From: Myxococcota bacterium
Lineage (GTDB): Bacteria > Myxococcota_A > UBA9160 > UBA4427
Assembly (NCBI GenBank): GCA_965250285.1
Contig: OZ252299.1
Location: forward strand, 4,704,001 to 4,768,000
Reading direction: 5' to 3'
DNA: 64,000 nt
Shown here in pieces: positions 17,729-28,319 of the stretch. The position numbers and the translations under genes are program-made. The stretch's first letter is position 1, and each line of letters starts with the position of its first letter. The notes under the pieces were generated by a model. It was not told where the DNA came from. It searched no databases and saw only the letters and a list, made by a program, of their open reading frames with translations.

Positions 17729-18075
17729 GTGTGCTTCGCACCGCGCACTCGAACGTCCCCCCACTGCCGCATGGACGTCACACGCGCCCAGTAGATTGGT
17801 GCTGTACACGGTCGTGGGCGACACCACGCCAACCCGGCTCCCCCCCGACCCCACCTGCCCCGCCGGAATCCCAGTCCGGCCTGCGCGCGCCCGGCTGCCC
17901 CCCCAGCCTCGCGCGCCCCCGATCGCAGGTGGGGTCGGGCATCGGGCCCCTCGGCCGATCTGCCCGCCCTTCGAGTGCGCTCGTGTCACCCCAACGGCTC
18001 GGAAAGGTCGCATGCCCGTCACTCATCCGTGACGCAAACGGGCTTTCTTCACTTCCCCGAGTGGAGCCAGCCCTC

Positions 18076-18804
18076 ATGCAGTCCGCCGACAGATCGCGGG
18101 TCCTCGTCGCAGATCCGGACAAGAGCGCCCGAGAGCGCGTCAGCGGCAGCCTCGCAGTCAGCCCGGTCGACGTGCTCGAGGCCGAGACCGTCGAACAGGC
18201 GATCGGCGCGCTGGCCGAGACCGAGGTCGATCTCGTCCTGACCGAATTGCAGCTGCCCGATGCGTCGGGCTTCGTCTTGTGTCGCCGGCTGCGAGAGCGA
18301 GCCGACAGCCGCTACATCCCCGTGATCGTGCTCTCCGAGTGGGCGACCGAGACCGACCGGATCCTCGCCTTCGAGTGCGGCGCCGACGACTTCGTCGCCA
18401 AGCCCTACTTCGCACGTGAGCTGTCGAGCCGCATCGAAGCGGTGCTGCGTCGGCGCCAGCAGCGCGACACCGACGGTGCAGTCACCGAAGAAGCCAGCGC
18501 ACCCCAGCACGCGCCCGCCCCGTTCCGTCGTCCGCGCGAGGTCGTCTTCGACGGTCGGCCGCTCAAGCTCACGCCCAAGGAGCGGGCCCTGCTCGGCGCG
18601 TTGGCGAGCGCCGGCGGCCGGGTGCTGTCGCGAGAGGATCTGATCGCCCAGGTCTGGGGGGGCGCGCCGTCGCCCACCGCGCGCAGCGTCGACAGCCACA
18701 TCAAGTCGCTGCGCCGCAAGCTCTCCGACGCACCCGACTGCGTCGAGACGGTGCGCGGCGTCGGCTATCGCTTCGCGCCGCACCCGCTGCTCGACCTGAG
18801 ATAG
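18076..18804 (+). CDS. Atypical OmpR/PhoB-family response regulator
   Basis: Receiver (GADDFVAKPY) plus winged helix (LTPKE, SREDL, RSVDSHIKSLRRKL, ETVRGVGYRF); Glu at the phosphoacceptor position; GGAG RBS. Confidence 0.9.
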   Translation: MQSADRSRVLVADPDKSARERVSGSLAVSPVDVLEAETVEQAIGALAETEVDLVLTELQLPDASGFVLCRRLRERADSRYIPVIVLSEWATETDRILAFECGADDFVAKPYFARELSSRIEAVLRRRQQRDTDGAVTEEASAPQHAPAPFRRPREVVFDGRPLKLTPKERALLGALASAGGRVLSREDLIAQVWGGAPSPTARSVDSHIKSLRRKLSDAPDCVETVRGVGYRFAPHPLLDLR

Positions 18805-18860
18805 ACCGACCTGGGCGGGTGCTGGCACCCCCATGGGCGATCGGCGATGCTCCCGCCCCC

Positions 18861-19955
18861 ATGGCACTCACCTGCGGCATCGTCGGCCTGCCCAACGTCG
18901 GCAAGAGCACCATCTTCAACGCGCTCACCGCCGCGGGGATCCAGGCCGAGAACTATCCCTTCTGCACGATCGAGCCGAACACCGGCGTCGTAACGGTGCC
19001 CGACGCGCGGCTCGGCGCGCTCGACGACATCGTCCATTCGGCGCAGGTCATCCCGACGACGATCGAGTTCGTCGACATCGCGGGGATCGTGAAGGGGGCC
19101 TCGAAGGGCGAGGGGCTCGGCAACAAGTTTCTCGCGAACATCCGCGAGACGACCGCGATCGTGCACGTCGTGCGCTGCTTCGACGACGACAACGTCGTGC
19201 ACGTCGACGGCGCCCCCGATCCGCTGCGCGACGTCGAGACGATCGAGGTCGAGCTCGGGCTGGCCGACATCGAGAGCGTCGAGAAGCGCCTCGACCGCGC
19301 CCGCAAGACGGCCAAGAGCGGCGACAAGCCGGCCAAGGCCGAAGTCGATTTCTTCGAGGGGCTGCTCGCGCACATCTCGGGGGGCGACGCCGCGCGGACG
19401 TTCGACGTGCCCGAGGCGATGGCGAGCGCCTATCGCGACTGCTTTCTGCTGACCGCGAAGCCGATCCTCTACGTCGCGAACGTCGATGACGCTGCGCTCG
19501 CCGATGGCAACGCATACAGCCAGGCCCTCGAGGCGCATGCCGCCGAGCGGGGCGCGGGCGTCGTGCGCATCTGCGGTCAGGTCGAGGCCGAGCTGTCCGA
19601 GCTCGAAGACGACGAGAAGCGCGAGTTCCTCGAAGAGCTCGGCGCCGACGAGCCCGGGCTGAATCGTCTGATTCGCGCGGCCTACGCGCTGCTCGAGCTG
19701 ATCACGTTCTTCACCGCGGGTGAGAAAGAGGTGCGCGCCTGGACGATCCGTCGCGGCGATCTCGCACCGCGCGCTGCGGGCACGATCCACAGCGACTTCG
19801 AGTCGAACTTCATCCGCGCCGAGGTGATTCCCTTCGAGACCTACGTCGAGCTCGGCGGCGAATCGGCCGCGAAAGACAAGGGGCAGATGCGTCTCGAGGG
19901 CAAAGAGTACGAGATGCAGGACGGCGACGTGGTGCACTTCCGCGTCGGTGTCTGA
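18861..19955 (+). CDS. ychF: Ribosome-binding ATPase YchF
   Basis: GIVGLPNVGKST, NYPFCTIEPN, FVDIAGIVKGASKGEGLGNKFL, EGKEYEMQDGDV. Confidence 0.97.
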   Translation: MALTCGIVGLPNVGKSTIFNALTAAGIQAENYPFCTIEPNTGVVTVPDARLGALDDIVHSAQVIPTTIEFVDIAGIVKGASKGEGLGNKFLANIRETTAIVHVVRCFDDDNVVHVDGAPDPLRDVETIEVELGLADIESVEKRLDRARKTAKSGDKPAKAEVDFFEGLLAHISGGDAARTFDVPEAMASAYRDCFLLTAKPILYVANVDDAALADGNAYSQALEAHAAERGAGVVRICGQVEAELSELEDDEKREFLEELGADEPGLNRLIRAAYALLELITFFTAGEKEVRAWTIRRGDLAPRAAGTIHSDFESNFIRAEVIPFETYVELGGESAAKDKGQMRLEGKEYEMQDGDVVHFRVGV

Positions 19956-20027
19956 CACGCGACCCGCGAGGGGCGGCGCCCTGCGCGCGGCCCCGATGGC
20001 GTTCGCTCAAGAACACGAGGATCCGAG

Positions 20028-20522
20028 TTGGCCGGCCAGCGCAGTCACGAGCAGCTCACCCCCGAACAGGTGCTTCAGCGCTTCACGCGCGGGCCCGACA
20101 CGGGGGTCTTCACCGACGGGTCGTGCGAGCCCAACCCGGGACCGGGCGGATGGGGCTGGGTCTGGGTCGACGGGGGTGAGATTCGAGGCCAGGGACACGG
20201 CCATGATCCCGACACGACCAACAACCGCATGGAGCTCATGGCCCTGATCGAGGCCTACGGGGCCCTGCCGTCCGACGCGAAGGTCGTCGTGCACAGCGAC
20301 AGCCAGCTCTGCGTCAACACGGTCAACCAGTGGGCCGCCGGCTGGGAGAAGCGCGGCTGGAAGCGCAAGGGCGGCGAGGTCAAGAACGTCGACCTCGTGA
20401 AGCGCCTGTGGGCGCTGGCCCAGTCGAGGCCGGGCGTGAAGCTCGAGTGGATCAAGGCCCACGACGGGTCGCGCTGGAACGAGTACGCCGACGCCCTGGC
20501 CGGCACCTATCAGCGCCGCTGA
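20028..20522 (+). CDS. rnhA: Ribonuclease HI
   Basis: FTDGSCEPNPGPGGWG, TTNNRMEL, SDSQL, WIKAHDG..WNEYADALA. Confidence 0.95.
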   Translation: MAGQRSHEQLTPEQVLQRFTRGPDTGVFTDGSCEPNPGPGGWGWVWVDGGEIRGQGHGHDPDTTNNRMELMALIEAYGALPSDAKVVVHSDSQLCVNTVNQWAAGWEKRGWKRKGGEVKNVDLVKRLWALAQSRPGVKLEWIKAHDGSRWNEYADALAGTYQRR

Positions 20523-20545
20523 ACGCTCGCGCCGACTCGGGTCGC

Positions 20546-21796
20546 TCAGGCCTCGGGCGTGTACCGCACGGCCATGTGCTTGACGCTCCGCACGAGGGCC
20601 GAGAGGCCGAACTCGGGGCCGCCCGCCTGATACTCGATGTCGGGCATTCGGCGCAGGATCTCGGCAAACGCGACGCGAAGCTCCATGCGCGCCAGGTTCG
20701 CCCCCAGGCAGAAGTGGTTGCCGATCCCGAACGCCACATGCTGGGCCTTGCGGTCGATGTCGAATCGCTCGGGGTCGTCGAACGCATCGGGGTCGCGATT
20801 CGCCGCGCCGTAGATCATCAGCACCTTCTGTCCCTCGGCGATCGGCACGCCGCGCAGCTCGGTGTCGCGCGTCGCCGTGCGCTGGAAGCTGAGCACCGGC
20901 GAGACCAGCCGCAGCATCTCTTCGACCGCTTGCGGGATCAGCGCGGGGTCGTCGATCAGACGCTGCCTCGCAGCGGGGTTCTCGATCAACAGCTGCATGC
21001 CGCCCGAAAGTGCGTTGCGGGTCGTCTCGTTTCCGGCAACGAGCAACAGCACGCACATCTTGATCAGCTCATCGGCGCTCATCTCGCGGTGCTCTTCGCT
21101 CCGCCCGAAGGCTTCTTCGATCACCTCGTTGTCGCGTGACTTCTTGTGCCCGAGCACGCCCTCGCTCTTCGCGCGCACGAGAATGCTGATCAGGTCTTCT
21201 CTCGGGTTCTCGCTTCGGTCGGCGATGATCTCGGTCAGATAGTTGTAGTACTCCATCGCCGCCTTCCCCGACTCGGCGATGATCTCGGGCTTATCGAGGT
21301 TGCCCTGGGCGGCGATCATCGCATCGGACCAGTAGTGAAATCGCTTTCGGTCTTCGGGCCGAATGCCGATCATCTCGGCGATCAGCAGGAGCGGCAGCGG
21401 CACCGCGATGTCGTCGACGAAGTCGCACTCGCCCTTCTTCGCGACCTCATCGAGCGTCTCGTCGGTGATGCGCTGAAACACCTCCTGCCAATGGCTCACC
21501 ATGCGGGGCGTGAAGCCGCGGTTGATCAGGCTGCGCATCTCGCCGTGCCGCGGCTCGTCTTCGTCGATCAAGCCGATCGCAGACGCGGCGAGTCGGCCGG
21601 GCAGCACGCCCTGCCCCGAGCAGAAGATGTCGTTGTTCTTCGAGACGTGGACGACGTCGTCGAAGCGCGTGACGATGAACGCCCCCGTCAGTTCGCTCCA
21701 GAAGACGGGCTCTACTTCGCGCATCTCACGCAGACGCTCGGGCATGTTCGCATCGAAGCCCTCGGCAGCGGCGAAGTCGATGTCCTGGATGGCCAT
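20546..21796 (-). CDS. Cytochrome P450 (CYP125/142-like)
   Basis: AGNETTR, EEMLR, FGIGNHFCLG. Confidence 0.93.
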   Translation of the reverse strand: MAIQDIDFAAAEGFDANMPERLREMREVEPVFWSELTGAFIVTRFDDVVHVSKNNDIFCSGQGVLPGRLAASAIGLIDEDEPRHGEMRSLINRGFTPRMVSHWQEVFQRITDETLDEVAKKGECDFVDDIAVPLPLLLIAEMIGIRPEDRKRFHYWSDAMIAAQGNLDKPEIIAESGKAAMEYYNYLTEIIADRSENPREDLISILVRAKSEGVLGHKKSRDNEVIEEAFGRSEEHREMSADELIKMCVLLLVAGNETTRNALSGGMQLLIENPAARQRLIDDPALIPQAVEEMLRLVSPVLSFQRTATRDTELRGVPIAEGQKVLMIYGAANRDPDAFDDPERFDIDRKAQHVAFGIGNHFCLGANLARMELRVAFAEILRRMPDIEYQAGGPEFGLSALVRSVKHMAVRYTPEA

Positions 21797-21839
21797 GGTC
21801 GCTTCCTCTCGTTCTCTTCTCGGTCGAATGCAGCGGGCG

Positions 21840-22652
21840 CTAGCGCGCCTTGAACACCGGGTCGCGTCGTTCGACGAACGAAGCGACCCCCTCGGCTGCG
21901 TCTTCGCTGTTGGCCAGGCGCTGCTGCACCTCGCGGAACTCGGCCACGGCTGCACCCGGGCCTTCATCGAGCGCAAGCCGCGCGTTGGCCTTCGTGGCCT
22001 GAATCGCGAGCGGCGCGAGCTTCGTGATCTTCTCGGCGAGCTCGATGGCGCGATCGAACTGGGTGCCGGCAGGCACAACCTCTTGCACGAACCCACAGCG
22101 ATGGGCTTCGGCCGAATCGAACTCGTCGACGACGAGCAAGTGGTACATCGCGTTGCCCCAACCGCCACGCTCGACGAATCGAATCGTCGCACCCCCCGTC
22201 GCCATGATGCCGCGGCGCGGTTCGAGCTGGCTGAAGCGACAGTCGTCGGCCGCCACGACGATGTCGCACGCGAGCATCAGCTCGATGCCCGCCGTATAGG
22301 TGATGCCGTGCACCGCGCACACGACCGGCTTGCTGCAGCGCCGGGCCTGCAACCCAAACGGGTCGACGCGCTTGGGCGCGTCTTCCTTGCGGGCGCCACC
22401 GCCCCCCTTCATGCCCTCGGACCACTTGGGCAGATCGAGCCCGGCGGTGAAGCCGCGGTCGCCGTGGCCGAACACGACGCCGGCGAAGAGCGTCTCGTCG
22501 TCGTCGAGGGTCGTGAACGCATCGGCGAGCTCACTCGACATCTTCGGCGTGAGGCCGTTCAGCTTCTCGGGGCGGTCGAGACCGATCAGCAAAAGGGCGC
22601 CGCGGCGCTCGACGGTCACGCCGCCATCGGGATGTCGATCGGCATCGGCCAT
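21840..22652 (-). CDS. Enoyl-CoA hydratase/crotonase family
   Basis: LDRPEKLNG, FTAGLDL, AGIELMLACDI, EGVASFVERRDPVF; GGAGG RBS. Confidence 0.92.
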   Translation of the reverse strand: MADADRHPDGGVTVERRGALLLIGLDRPEKLNGLTPKMSSELADAFTTLDDDETLFAGVVFGHGDRGFTAGLDLPKWSEGMKGGGGARKEDAPKRVDPFGLQARRCSKPVVCAVHGITYTAGIELMLACDIVVAADDCRFSQLEPRRGIMATGGATIRFVERGGWGNAMYHLLVVDEFDSAEAHRCGFVQEVVPAGTQFDRAIELAEKITKLAPLAIQATKANARLALDEGPGAAVAEFREVQQRLANSEDAAEGVASFVERRDPVFKAR

Positions 22653-22836
22653 GTATGTCTTCCTCCAGGCGAAACCCGACTGAGGCGGGACAGGAGAAGA
22701 TAGACGGCTGCGGCAGCGCTTTCGATGGACGAATGGGGGGCAACGGCCTATTCCAACGGCCCGAACGAGCCCATCTGCGTCGTCCGGCAACCGGCCGAAT
22801 GAGCGCCGAATCGCGACCAGGAGACGGCCCCAAGCC

Positions 22837-23733
22837 ATGAGCCAGCGCACCGTCGTCATCGCAGGATCGACCGGATACATCGGCAAGTTCGCCGTGCAGG
22901 CCTTCAAGTCTGCCGGCTACCGGGTGCGCGCGCTCACCCGCAGCGAGGCGCGACTCGCGAAGGCCGGGCCTTTCCACGCCCCGGCCGTACGCGAGCTGTG
23001 CGACGAGGTCGCGGTCGCCGAGGTCACGAAGCCCGAAACGCTCGCCGAGGCAATGCGCGGCGCCGACGTCGTCTTCTCGAGCGTCGGCATCTCGCGCCAG
23101 CGCGACATGCTCTCGTTCGAGCAGGTCGACTACCAGTGCAACCGCAATCTCATCGACTCGGCCGAGGCCGCGGGCGTGAAGAAGTTCGTCTACGTCTCGA
23201 TGTGGGGCGCCGAAGAGATCGCCGACCTCGCGATCACCATCGCCCACGAGAAGGTGGTGCGCGATCTGGCGGCCTCGTCGATGGACTACGCGGTGATTCG
23301 GCCCGGCGGCTATTTCAGCGACATGGGCGTCTTGATGGACATGGCGAAGAAGGGCCGGTCGTGGATCGTCGGCGACGGCACCAACCGCTTCAACCCCGTG
23401 CACGGCCTCGACGTAGCCGAGGTCGCCGTCGCCGCGGTCGACTCGAGCGAGAAGGAGCACGGCATCGGCGGCCCCGACATCTACACGCAGAACGAGGCCG
23501 CCGAGCTCGCCTACGACGTGCTCGGCACCGAGCCCAGACTCACGCACATCCCGATGGGATTGATGAAGGTCGGCGTCAAGGTCGTGCGCTTGCTCAACAC
23601 CCAGTTCGGCGACCTGTTCGACTTCATCGTCACCGCCGGCGAGATCGACGGCGTCGCACCCTGCAACGGCAAGCGCACGCTTCGAGCTCACTTCGAGGAG
23701 CTGGCGAAGTCGCGTCAGGCGTCGGGCGCGTAG
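22837..23733 (+). CDS. Atypical SDR / NAD(P)H-binding oxidoreductase
   Basis: AGSTGYIG, VDYQCNRNLI, VIRPGGYFSDM. Confidence 0.88.
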   Translation: MSQRTVVIAGSTGYIGKFAVQAFKSAGYRVRALTRSEARLAKAGPFHAPAVRELCDEVAVAEVTKPETLAEAMRGADVVFSSVGISRQRDMLSFEQVDYQCNRNLIDSAEAAGVKKFVYVSMWGAEEIADLAITIAHEKVVRDLAASSMDYAVIRPGGYFSDMGVLMDMAKKGRSWIVGDGTNRFNPVHGLDVAEVAVAAVDSSEKEHGIGGPDIYTQNEAAELAYDVLGTEPRLTHIPMGLMKVGVKVVRLLNTQFGDLFDFIVTAGEIDGVAPCNGKRTLRAHFEELAKSRQASGA

Positions 23734-24374
23734 CGCTCCCAGTGGAGCTTGTCGTCGATGGGCTTGCGCGGCGGCTGCCCGTGCTTGCCGAGGGGCCAGC
23801 CGATCGGGATCAACGCCGAGCTCGGGGTCTTCTCCGAGAGCCCGAGATAGTCGTCGATCTCGCGCTGGAACGTGCGGTGCACGGTCGTCAGCGACGCGCC
23901 GAGCCCGACCGCGCGGCAGGCGAGCAGGACGTTCTGGATGCAGGGATAGATCGCCTGCGACTGCTCCTGCCCGCGGCGGGTCCAGCCCGCGACGAAGAGG
24001 TGGACGGGCGCTTCATGCAGATGATCGGCGAGGTGCAGCGCCGCCTTCATGTTGCGCAGCTTCGCGGGCGAAAAGTCGGGATCGGCCTCGGCGGCCTCGA
24101 AAGCGGGTCGAATGTAGGCGTGGAACGACGTGCGATAGCGCTCGGCGATCCACGCACGGCGCTCGGGCTCGGTCACCACGACGAACGTCCACGGCTGGCG
24201 ATTGCCCCCCGACGGCGCCCAGATGCCCGCCTCGCACACCTTGCGAATCAACCCCTTCGGCACGGGGTCGGGCCTCAGCCGGCGAATCGCGCGGGCGGTG
24301 CGGATCGTCTCGAAGAGCAGCGCGCCTTCGCCCGCATGGGCGATCTCATCGTCGGTCATCTCGCCCGTGCTCAC
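23715..24374 (-). CDS. Nitroreductase family protein
   Basis: RAIRRLRPDPVP, APSGGNRQPWTF, QNVLLACRAVGLG, IPIGWP; start at GTG 24374 or ATG 24359. Confidence 0.9.
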   Translation of the reverse strand: MSTGEMTDDEIAHAGEGALLFETIRTARAIRRLRPDPVPKGLIRKVCEAGIWAPSGGNRQPWTFVVVTEPERRAWIAERYRTSFHAYIRPAFEAAEADPDFSPAKLRNMKAALHLADHLHEAPVHLFVAGWTRRGQEQSQAIYPCIQNVLLACRAVGLGASLTTVHRTFQREIDDYLGLSEKTPSSALIPIGWPLGKHGQPPRKPIDDKLHWERYAPDA

Positions 24375-24796
24375 TTCGGCACCGGGGTCTTGCCCATCTT
24401 CAGCACCTGCTTGAATTCGGCGGCGGTGACGGGCACGACGGACAAGCGGCCGCGGGTGATGAGCTGCATCTCGGCGAGCTTCGGCTCGGCCTTCACCTGC
24501 GCGAGGGTCACGGGCACCTTCAGAGGCGCCACCGGAGCGACGTCGACGACGCACCAGCGATCGTCGTCCGTCGTGGGATCGGGGTACGACTCGCCGACGA
24601 TCTTCGCGACGCCGACGACCTCCTTGCCCTCGTTCGAGTGGTAGTAGAGCGCGAAGTCGCCCTGCTTCATGGCCTGCATGTGGTTGCGGGCCTCGTAGTT
24701 GCGGACGCCGTCCCAGTACGTCTTCTTGTCCTTCACGAGCTCGTCCCACGAGTACTTGAAGGGCTCCGACTTCATCAACCAGTACTTGCGCGGCAT
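24371..24796 (-). CDS. EVE domain protein
   Basis: YWLMKSEP, WDGVRNYEARN, YYHS, RLSVVPVT. Confidence 0.95.
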   Translation of the reverse strand: MPRKYWLMKSEPFKYSWDELVKDKKTYWDGVRNYEARNHMQAMKQGDFALYYHSNEGKEVVGVAKIVGESYPDPTTDDDRWCVVDVAPVAPLKVPVTLAQVKAEPKLAEMQLITRGRLSVVPVTAAEFKQVLKMGKTPVPK

Positions 24797-24894
24797 CTCC
24801 ACCTCCACCCGGTATGCTGTGTCGCTTCGGGCCGTCGTGACCCGAGAATCGCCGTGTCGTCTCGAGCCGTGTCGACCCGGGAGGGGAGCATCGC

Positions 24895-25836
24895 ATGAGT
24901 GACGCGAGCGAAAAAGCACCGGGCGACGACGATCTGCAGATCGGCCCCGTGCACGTGCTGATCGGGCATCGCGGCGGTCGCTATCCCGAAGGCAACTCGA
25001 TCCTCGTGAAGGGCCGCGATGCGACGGCGATCATCGACCCGTCGGTGGGCCTGTGGCAGCGCACCGAGACCCTCCCTCAGGTCGACCTGGTACTCGGCAG
25101 CCACTGCCACGAAGACCACATCGCCGGTTACCCGCTCTTTCCCGACGCGCCGGTGCACCTGCACGAGGCCGACGCGATCGGGCTCTCGGGCCTCGATGCG
25201 ATGCTCGCGATCTACGGCTTCACCGGGCAGACCAAAGCCGGCTTCGAGCAGGTGCTCGTCGACCAGTTCCACTACGAAGTGCGCGAAGAGGTCGAGCTGC
25301 TGGCCGATGGCGACGAGATCGACCTGGGCGGCGTCGAGATCGAGGTGATGCACACACCCGGTCACACACGCGGGCACTGCTGCTTCATGGTTCGCTGGCG
25401 CGACGGCGACGAAGAGAAGCGCCTGCTCTATCTGGGCGACATCGAGCTCACGAGCTTCGGCCCCTACTACGGCGACGCCTGGTCGAACCTCGAAGACTTC
25501 GAGCGGAGCCTCGCCCGGGTGCGCGCGCTCGACGCCGACTGGTACGCGACGTTCCACCACATCGGGGTGCTCGAAGGCCAGGCGGCCTTCCTCGAGCGAC
25601 TCGATGTCTTCGAAGCGAAGATCGCAGACCGCGAAGCCAAGCTGCTCGCGTATCTGACCGAGCCGCGCTCGATGGCGGACATCGCCGCGCACCGCTTCGT
25701 CTACCGCCCGGGCGACGACGTGCCGTGGGCCGAGTTCACCGAGCGCCGCAGCGCCGAGCAGCACATCGCGCGCTGGGTCGAGCGCGGCGTGGTGAAGGAT
25801 TGCGGCGACGGCCGCTGGCAGCGCGCCGACGCCTGA
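24895..25836 (+). CDS. MBL-fold metallo-hydrolase
   Basis: SHCHEDH, HTPGHTRGH, LGD. Confidence 0.9.
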   Translation: MSDASEKAPGDDDLQIGPVHVLIGHRGGRYPEGNSILVKGRDATAIIDPSVGLWQRTETLPQVDLVLGSHCHEDHIAGYPLFPDAPVHLHEADAIGLSGLDAMLAIYGFTGQTKAGFEQVLVDQFHYEVREEVELLADGDEIDLGGVEIEVMHTPGHTRGHCCFMVRWRDGDEEKRLLYLGDIELTSFGPYYGDAWSNLEDFERSLARVRALDADWYATFHHIGVLEGQAAFLERLDVFEAKIADREAKLLAYLTEPRSMADIAAHRFVYRPGDDVPWAEFTERRSAEQHIARWVERGVVKDCGDGRWQRADA

Positions 25837-25853
25837 GCGTCACCCAGCGCAGC

Positions 25854-27056
25854 TCAGCTCGGCGGTGTGTGGCGCTCGGTCACGCTTCGAGCGATTCGCA
25901 GCAGCATCGGCTTCGAGATGAGCCGCGTCGCGAGCAGCGCACGCAGATAGTTCATCCAGCCGACGACCACCGAAGGCTGCCGGCCGAGCGCTTCGAGCGC
26001 CGTGTCGACGACGTCGTCCACGCTGGCCCCCGCATGTTCGACCTGACCCGAGACGGCCTGAAATTCCGTCTCGACGGTGCCCGGCTCGACGACCAGCACG
26101 TCGACACCTGTGCCCGACATCTCGTCGGAGAGGGCCTCGCCGAAGAACTTGTCGAACGCCTTGGTGGCGGCGTAGACACCGTGCTGCGGGAGCGGCTGCC
26201 AGCCCGCAGCCGAGCCGATGATGATGATGCCCGCGCGTCCGCGCTGCTTCATCGGCGGCAACAGCCGGTGGGTGATCGACATCGTCGCGGCGCAGTTGAG
26301 CTGCACCATCTCCTCGAGTCGCGAGACGTCCTGCCCTTCGAACGGGCCCTGCAGCCCGAAACCCGCGTTGTTGACGAGGAGGCCGACGTCGAGCTCGGCC
26401 ACCGCGTCGGCGAGCTTCGACGCGGCGCCCTCCGTCGACAGATCGAGCTCGATGACGCGGGTTTCGACCTCGTGTCGCTCCTCGAGCTCGCCGGCGAGCG
26501 TCTCGAGGCGATCCTTTCTTCGGGCGACGAGCGCGACGGACAAGCCTTCGCGCGCGGCGGCCCTGGCGAAGCCGGCACCGATGCCCGCCGAGGCGCCCGT
26601 CACCACGGCCCAGCCGCCATAGCGCTCGCCGAGCGGTGTCGGGTCGGCGAGAAAGAGCTCGCGCCTGTTCCAGAACGCCGCGGTGAGCGCAGCGAAGGGA
26701 ATGACCGAGATGACACCGAGCGCGAAGCCGGTGAGACCCCCATATTGCAGCACCGGCCAGAGGAACATGCCGAACGCGACCTGGGCCGTGTAGGCAGGCG
26801 CAGCCAGCGCCATCCACGGACGCATGCGGCGAAAGCCGTAGAGGCCACCGGCGTAGACCATCCAGTGCGGGATCGCGAGCCACTTTGCGGCCGCACCGTG
26901 AAAGAGCAGGCCGAACCACACCTCTTCGTCGGCTTCGACCGGCTTGATGAAGAGATCCCAGGGGACGTAGACGAAGGTCATCCAAGCGCAGAACACCATG
27001 ACGGCGTTCATCCAGGCCGGGCGACCTTCGAATACCTCGTGGAGCCACTCGCGCAT
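25854..27056 (-). CDS. SDR oxidoreductase fused to an N-terminal multi-TM domain
   Basis: About 4 hydrophobic segments, then TGASAGIG, NNAG, YAATK. Confidence 0.88.
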   Translation of the reverse strand: MREWLHEVFEGRPAWMNAVMVFCAWMTFVYVPWDLFIKPVEADEEVWFGLLFHGAAAKWLAIPHWMVYAGGLYGFRRMRPWMALAAPAYTAQVAFGMFLWPVLQYGGLTGFALGVISVIPFAALTAAFWNRRELFLADPTPLGERYGGWAVVTGASAGIGAGFARAAAREGLSVALVARRKDRLETLAGELEERHEVETRVIELDLSTEGAASKLADAVAELDVGLLVNNAGFGLQGPFEGQDVSRLEEMVQLNCAATMSITHRLLPPMKQRGRAGIIIIGSAAGWQPLPQHGVYAATKAFDKFFGEALSDEMSGTGVDVLVVEPGTVETEFQAVSGQVEHAGASVDDVVDTALEALGRQPSVVVGWMNYLRALLATRLISKPMLLRIARSVTERHTPPS

Positions 27057-27081
27057 CGCGTGCCCTCCGGTCGCCGCAAAC

Positions 27082-27741
27082 CTACCGCGTTCGGCGCGGG
27101 GCGGCTCCGCGATCACGCGTGCGGCGCCGTGGATTGCGATGTTGATGCGTGATCTGCCGATCGATCATCGTGTCGAACACGCGAAGGAGCCCCTCCAGAC
27201 CCGCGGTCTCGGGCTCGAGCAGCTGGAGGGCGCGAATGACCGCCTCGAGGGTCGACACGTACTCGGGTCGCGGCGCCTTGCGAATTCGGTAGCGCGTCGG
27301 CGCGAGCGGACGCAGCGCGAAGTGCGGGCGATCGTGCAGCCACGCGTTCGCGCGGTGCAGGTTGCGCGCCTGCGACCAGGTACCGTCGAGGACGACGAGG
27401 GCGGCGGGGCGCTCTTCGGGGGTGAGATCTTCGAGGAAGCGGGCGTCGTGAGCGGGGAACAGCACGCCGACATCGGGCTCGAGCTCGAAGCGCTCTTCGA
27501 GGCTGCGGGTGAAACAGTCCCTCGGCACCACGATGCGCGCCCGCTCGAGACCGAGCTGAACGATGCGCGCCGTCCCGATTGCATGGAACCGTTCGCGCGG
27601 GTGCTGCAGCACCGTCACGTGCGTTCGATTGGCGACCGGTTCGATCAGCTCACAGAGGCAGTGGGCGACGGGCTTGAAGCACGCGTGGCAGCGAACCCGG
27701 ACGGACCCGTCGCCGGACGTTCCGACCTCGGGCGCGCTCAA
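27082..27741 (-). CDS. DTW-domain tRNA-uridine aminocarboxypropyltransferase (TapT-like)
   Basis: [29 protein letters not shown] start overlaps the upstream stop. Confidence 0.9.
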   Translation of the reverse strand: MSAPEVGTSGDGSVRVRCHACFKPVAHCLCELIEPVANRTHVTVLQHPRERFHAIGTARIVQLGLERARIVVPRDCFTRSLEERFELEPDVGVLFPAHDARFLEDLTPEERPAALVVLDGTWSQARNLHRANAWLHDRPHFALRPLAPTRYRIRKAPRPEYVSTLEAVIRALQLLEPETAGLEGLLRVFDTMIDRQITHQHRNPRRRTRDRGAAPRRTR

Positions 27742-28181
27742 GCCCGGGGCGCCCGCGAATCGGCGCGCGAGACGAGCCGCAGACAGAGCGGATAATCGTA
27801 GAGCTCGCCCCGGCTCGCGCGCAGCGCCGCGATGATGATCACGACGACATCGAAGATCAAGATCAGCGGCGCGAGCACGAAGCCGATCAACACGAACATC
27901 AGCGCACTCGCAACCAGCATGTACAGCGTGATCGAGATCTGGAAGTTGAGCGCCTCGCGGGCGTGATGCTCGACGAAGTCGGATTCGTCGCGCTTCGCGA
28001 GCCACACGGCCGCCGGCCCGGCGATGTTGCCCAGCGGCACCACGTAGCCCGCGAACGCCAGCAGCGCCGCCGCGACGCCCCAGTTGGCCTCCTCGGGCGT
28101 GACGTCGCCGCCGACACCGGGCGGGCGGAGCCCTGCCTCTCGTTCCCAGCTGCGCTCTTCTTCACGCCACGGATCGCTCAT
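27738..28181 (-). CDS. DUF4870 membrane protein
   Basis: [37 protein letters not shown]. Confidence 0.88.
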   Translation of the reverse strand: MSDPWREEERSWEREAGLRPPGVGGDVTPEEANWGVAAALLAFAGYVVPLGNIAGPAAVWLAKRDESDFVEHHAREALNFQISITLYMLVASALMFVLIGFVLAPLILIFDVVVIIIAALRASRGELYDYPLCLRLVSRADSRAPRA

Positions 28182-28319
28182 GACTCCATTCTATCACTGG
28201 CCCCTCACGCCTCCCCTGCATGGCCCCGCCTGCACCCGGGCGCGAAGCCGCCGCGACCCGAGGCCTGCGGCGACCTCGCTTCGCGATCGGGGCACGAATC
28301 GCGTACCCTCAGCGCCCTG

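Noticed and set aside
24371..24796. EVE protein as part of a modification-dependent restriction system
   Set aside because: Stand-alone EVE with no nuclease or ATPase neighbour
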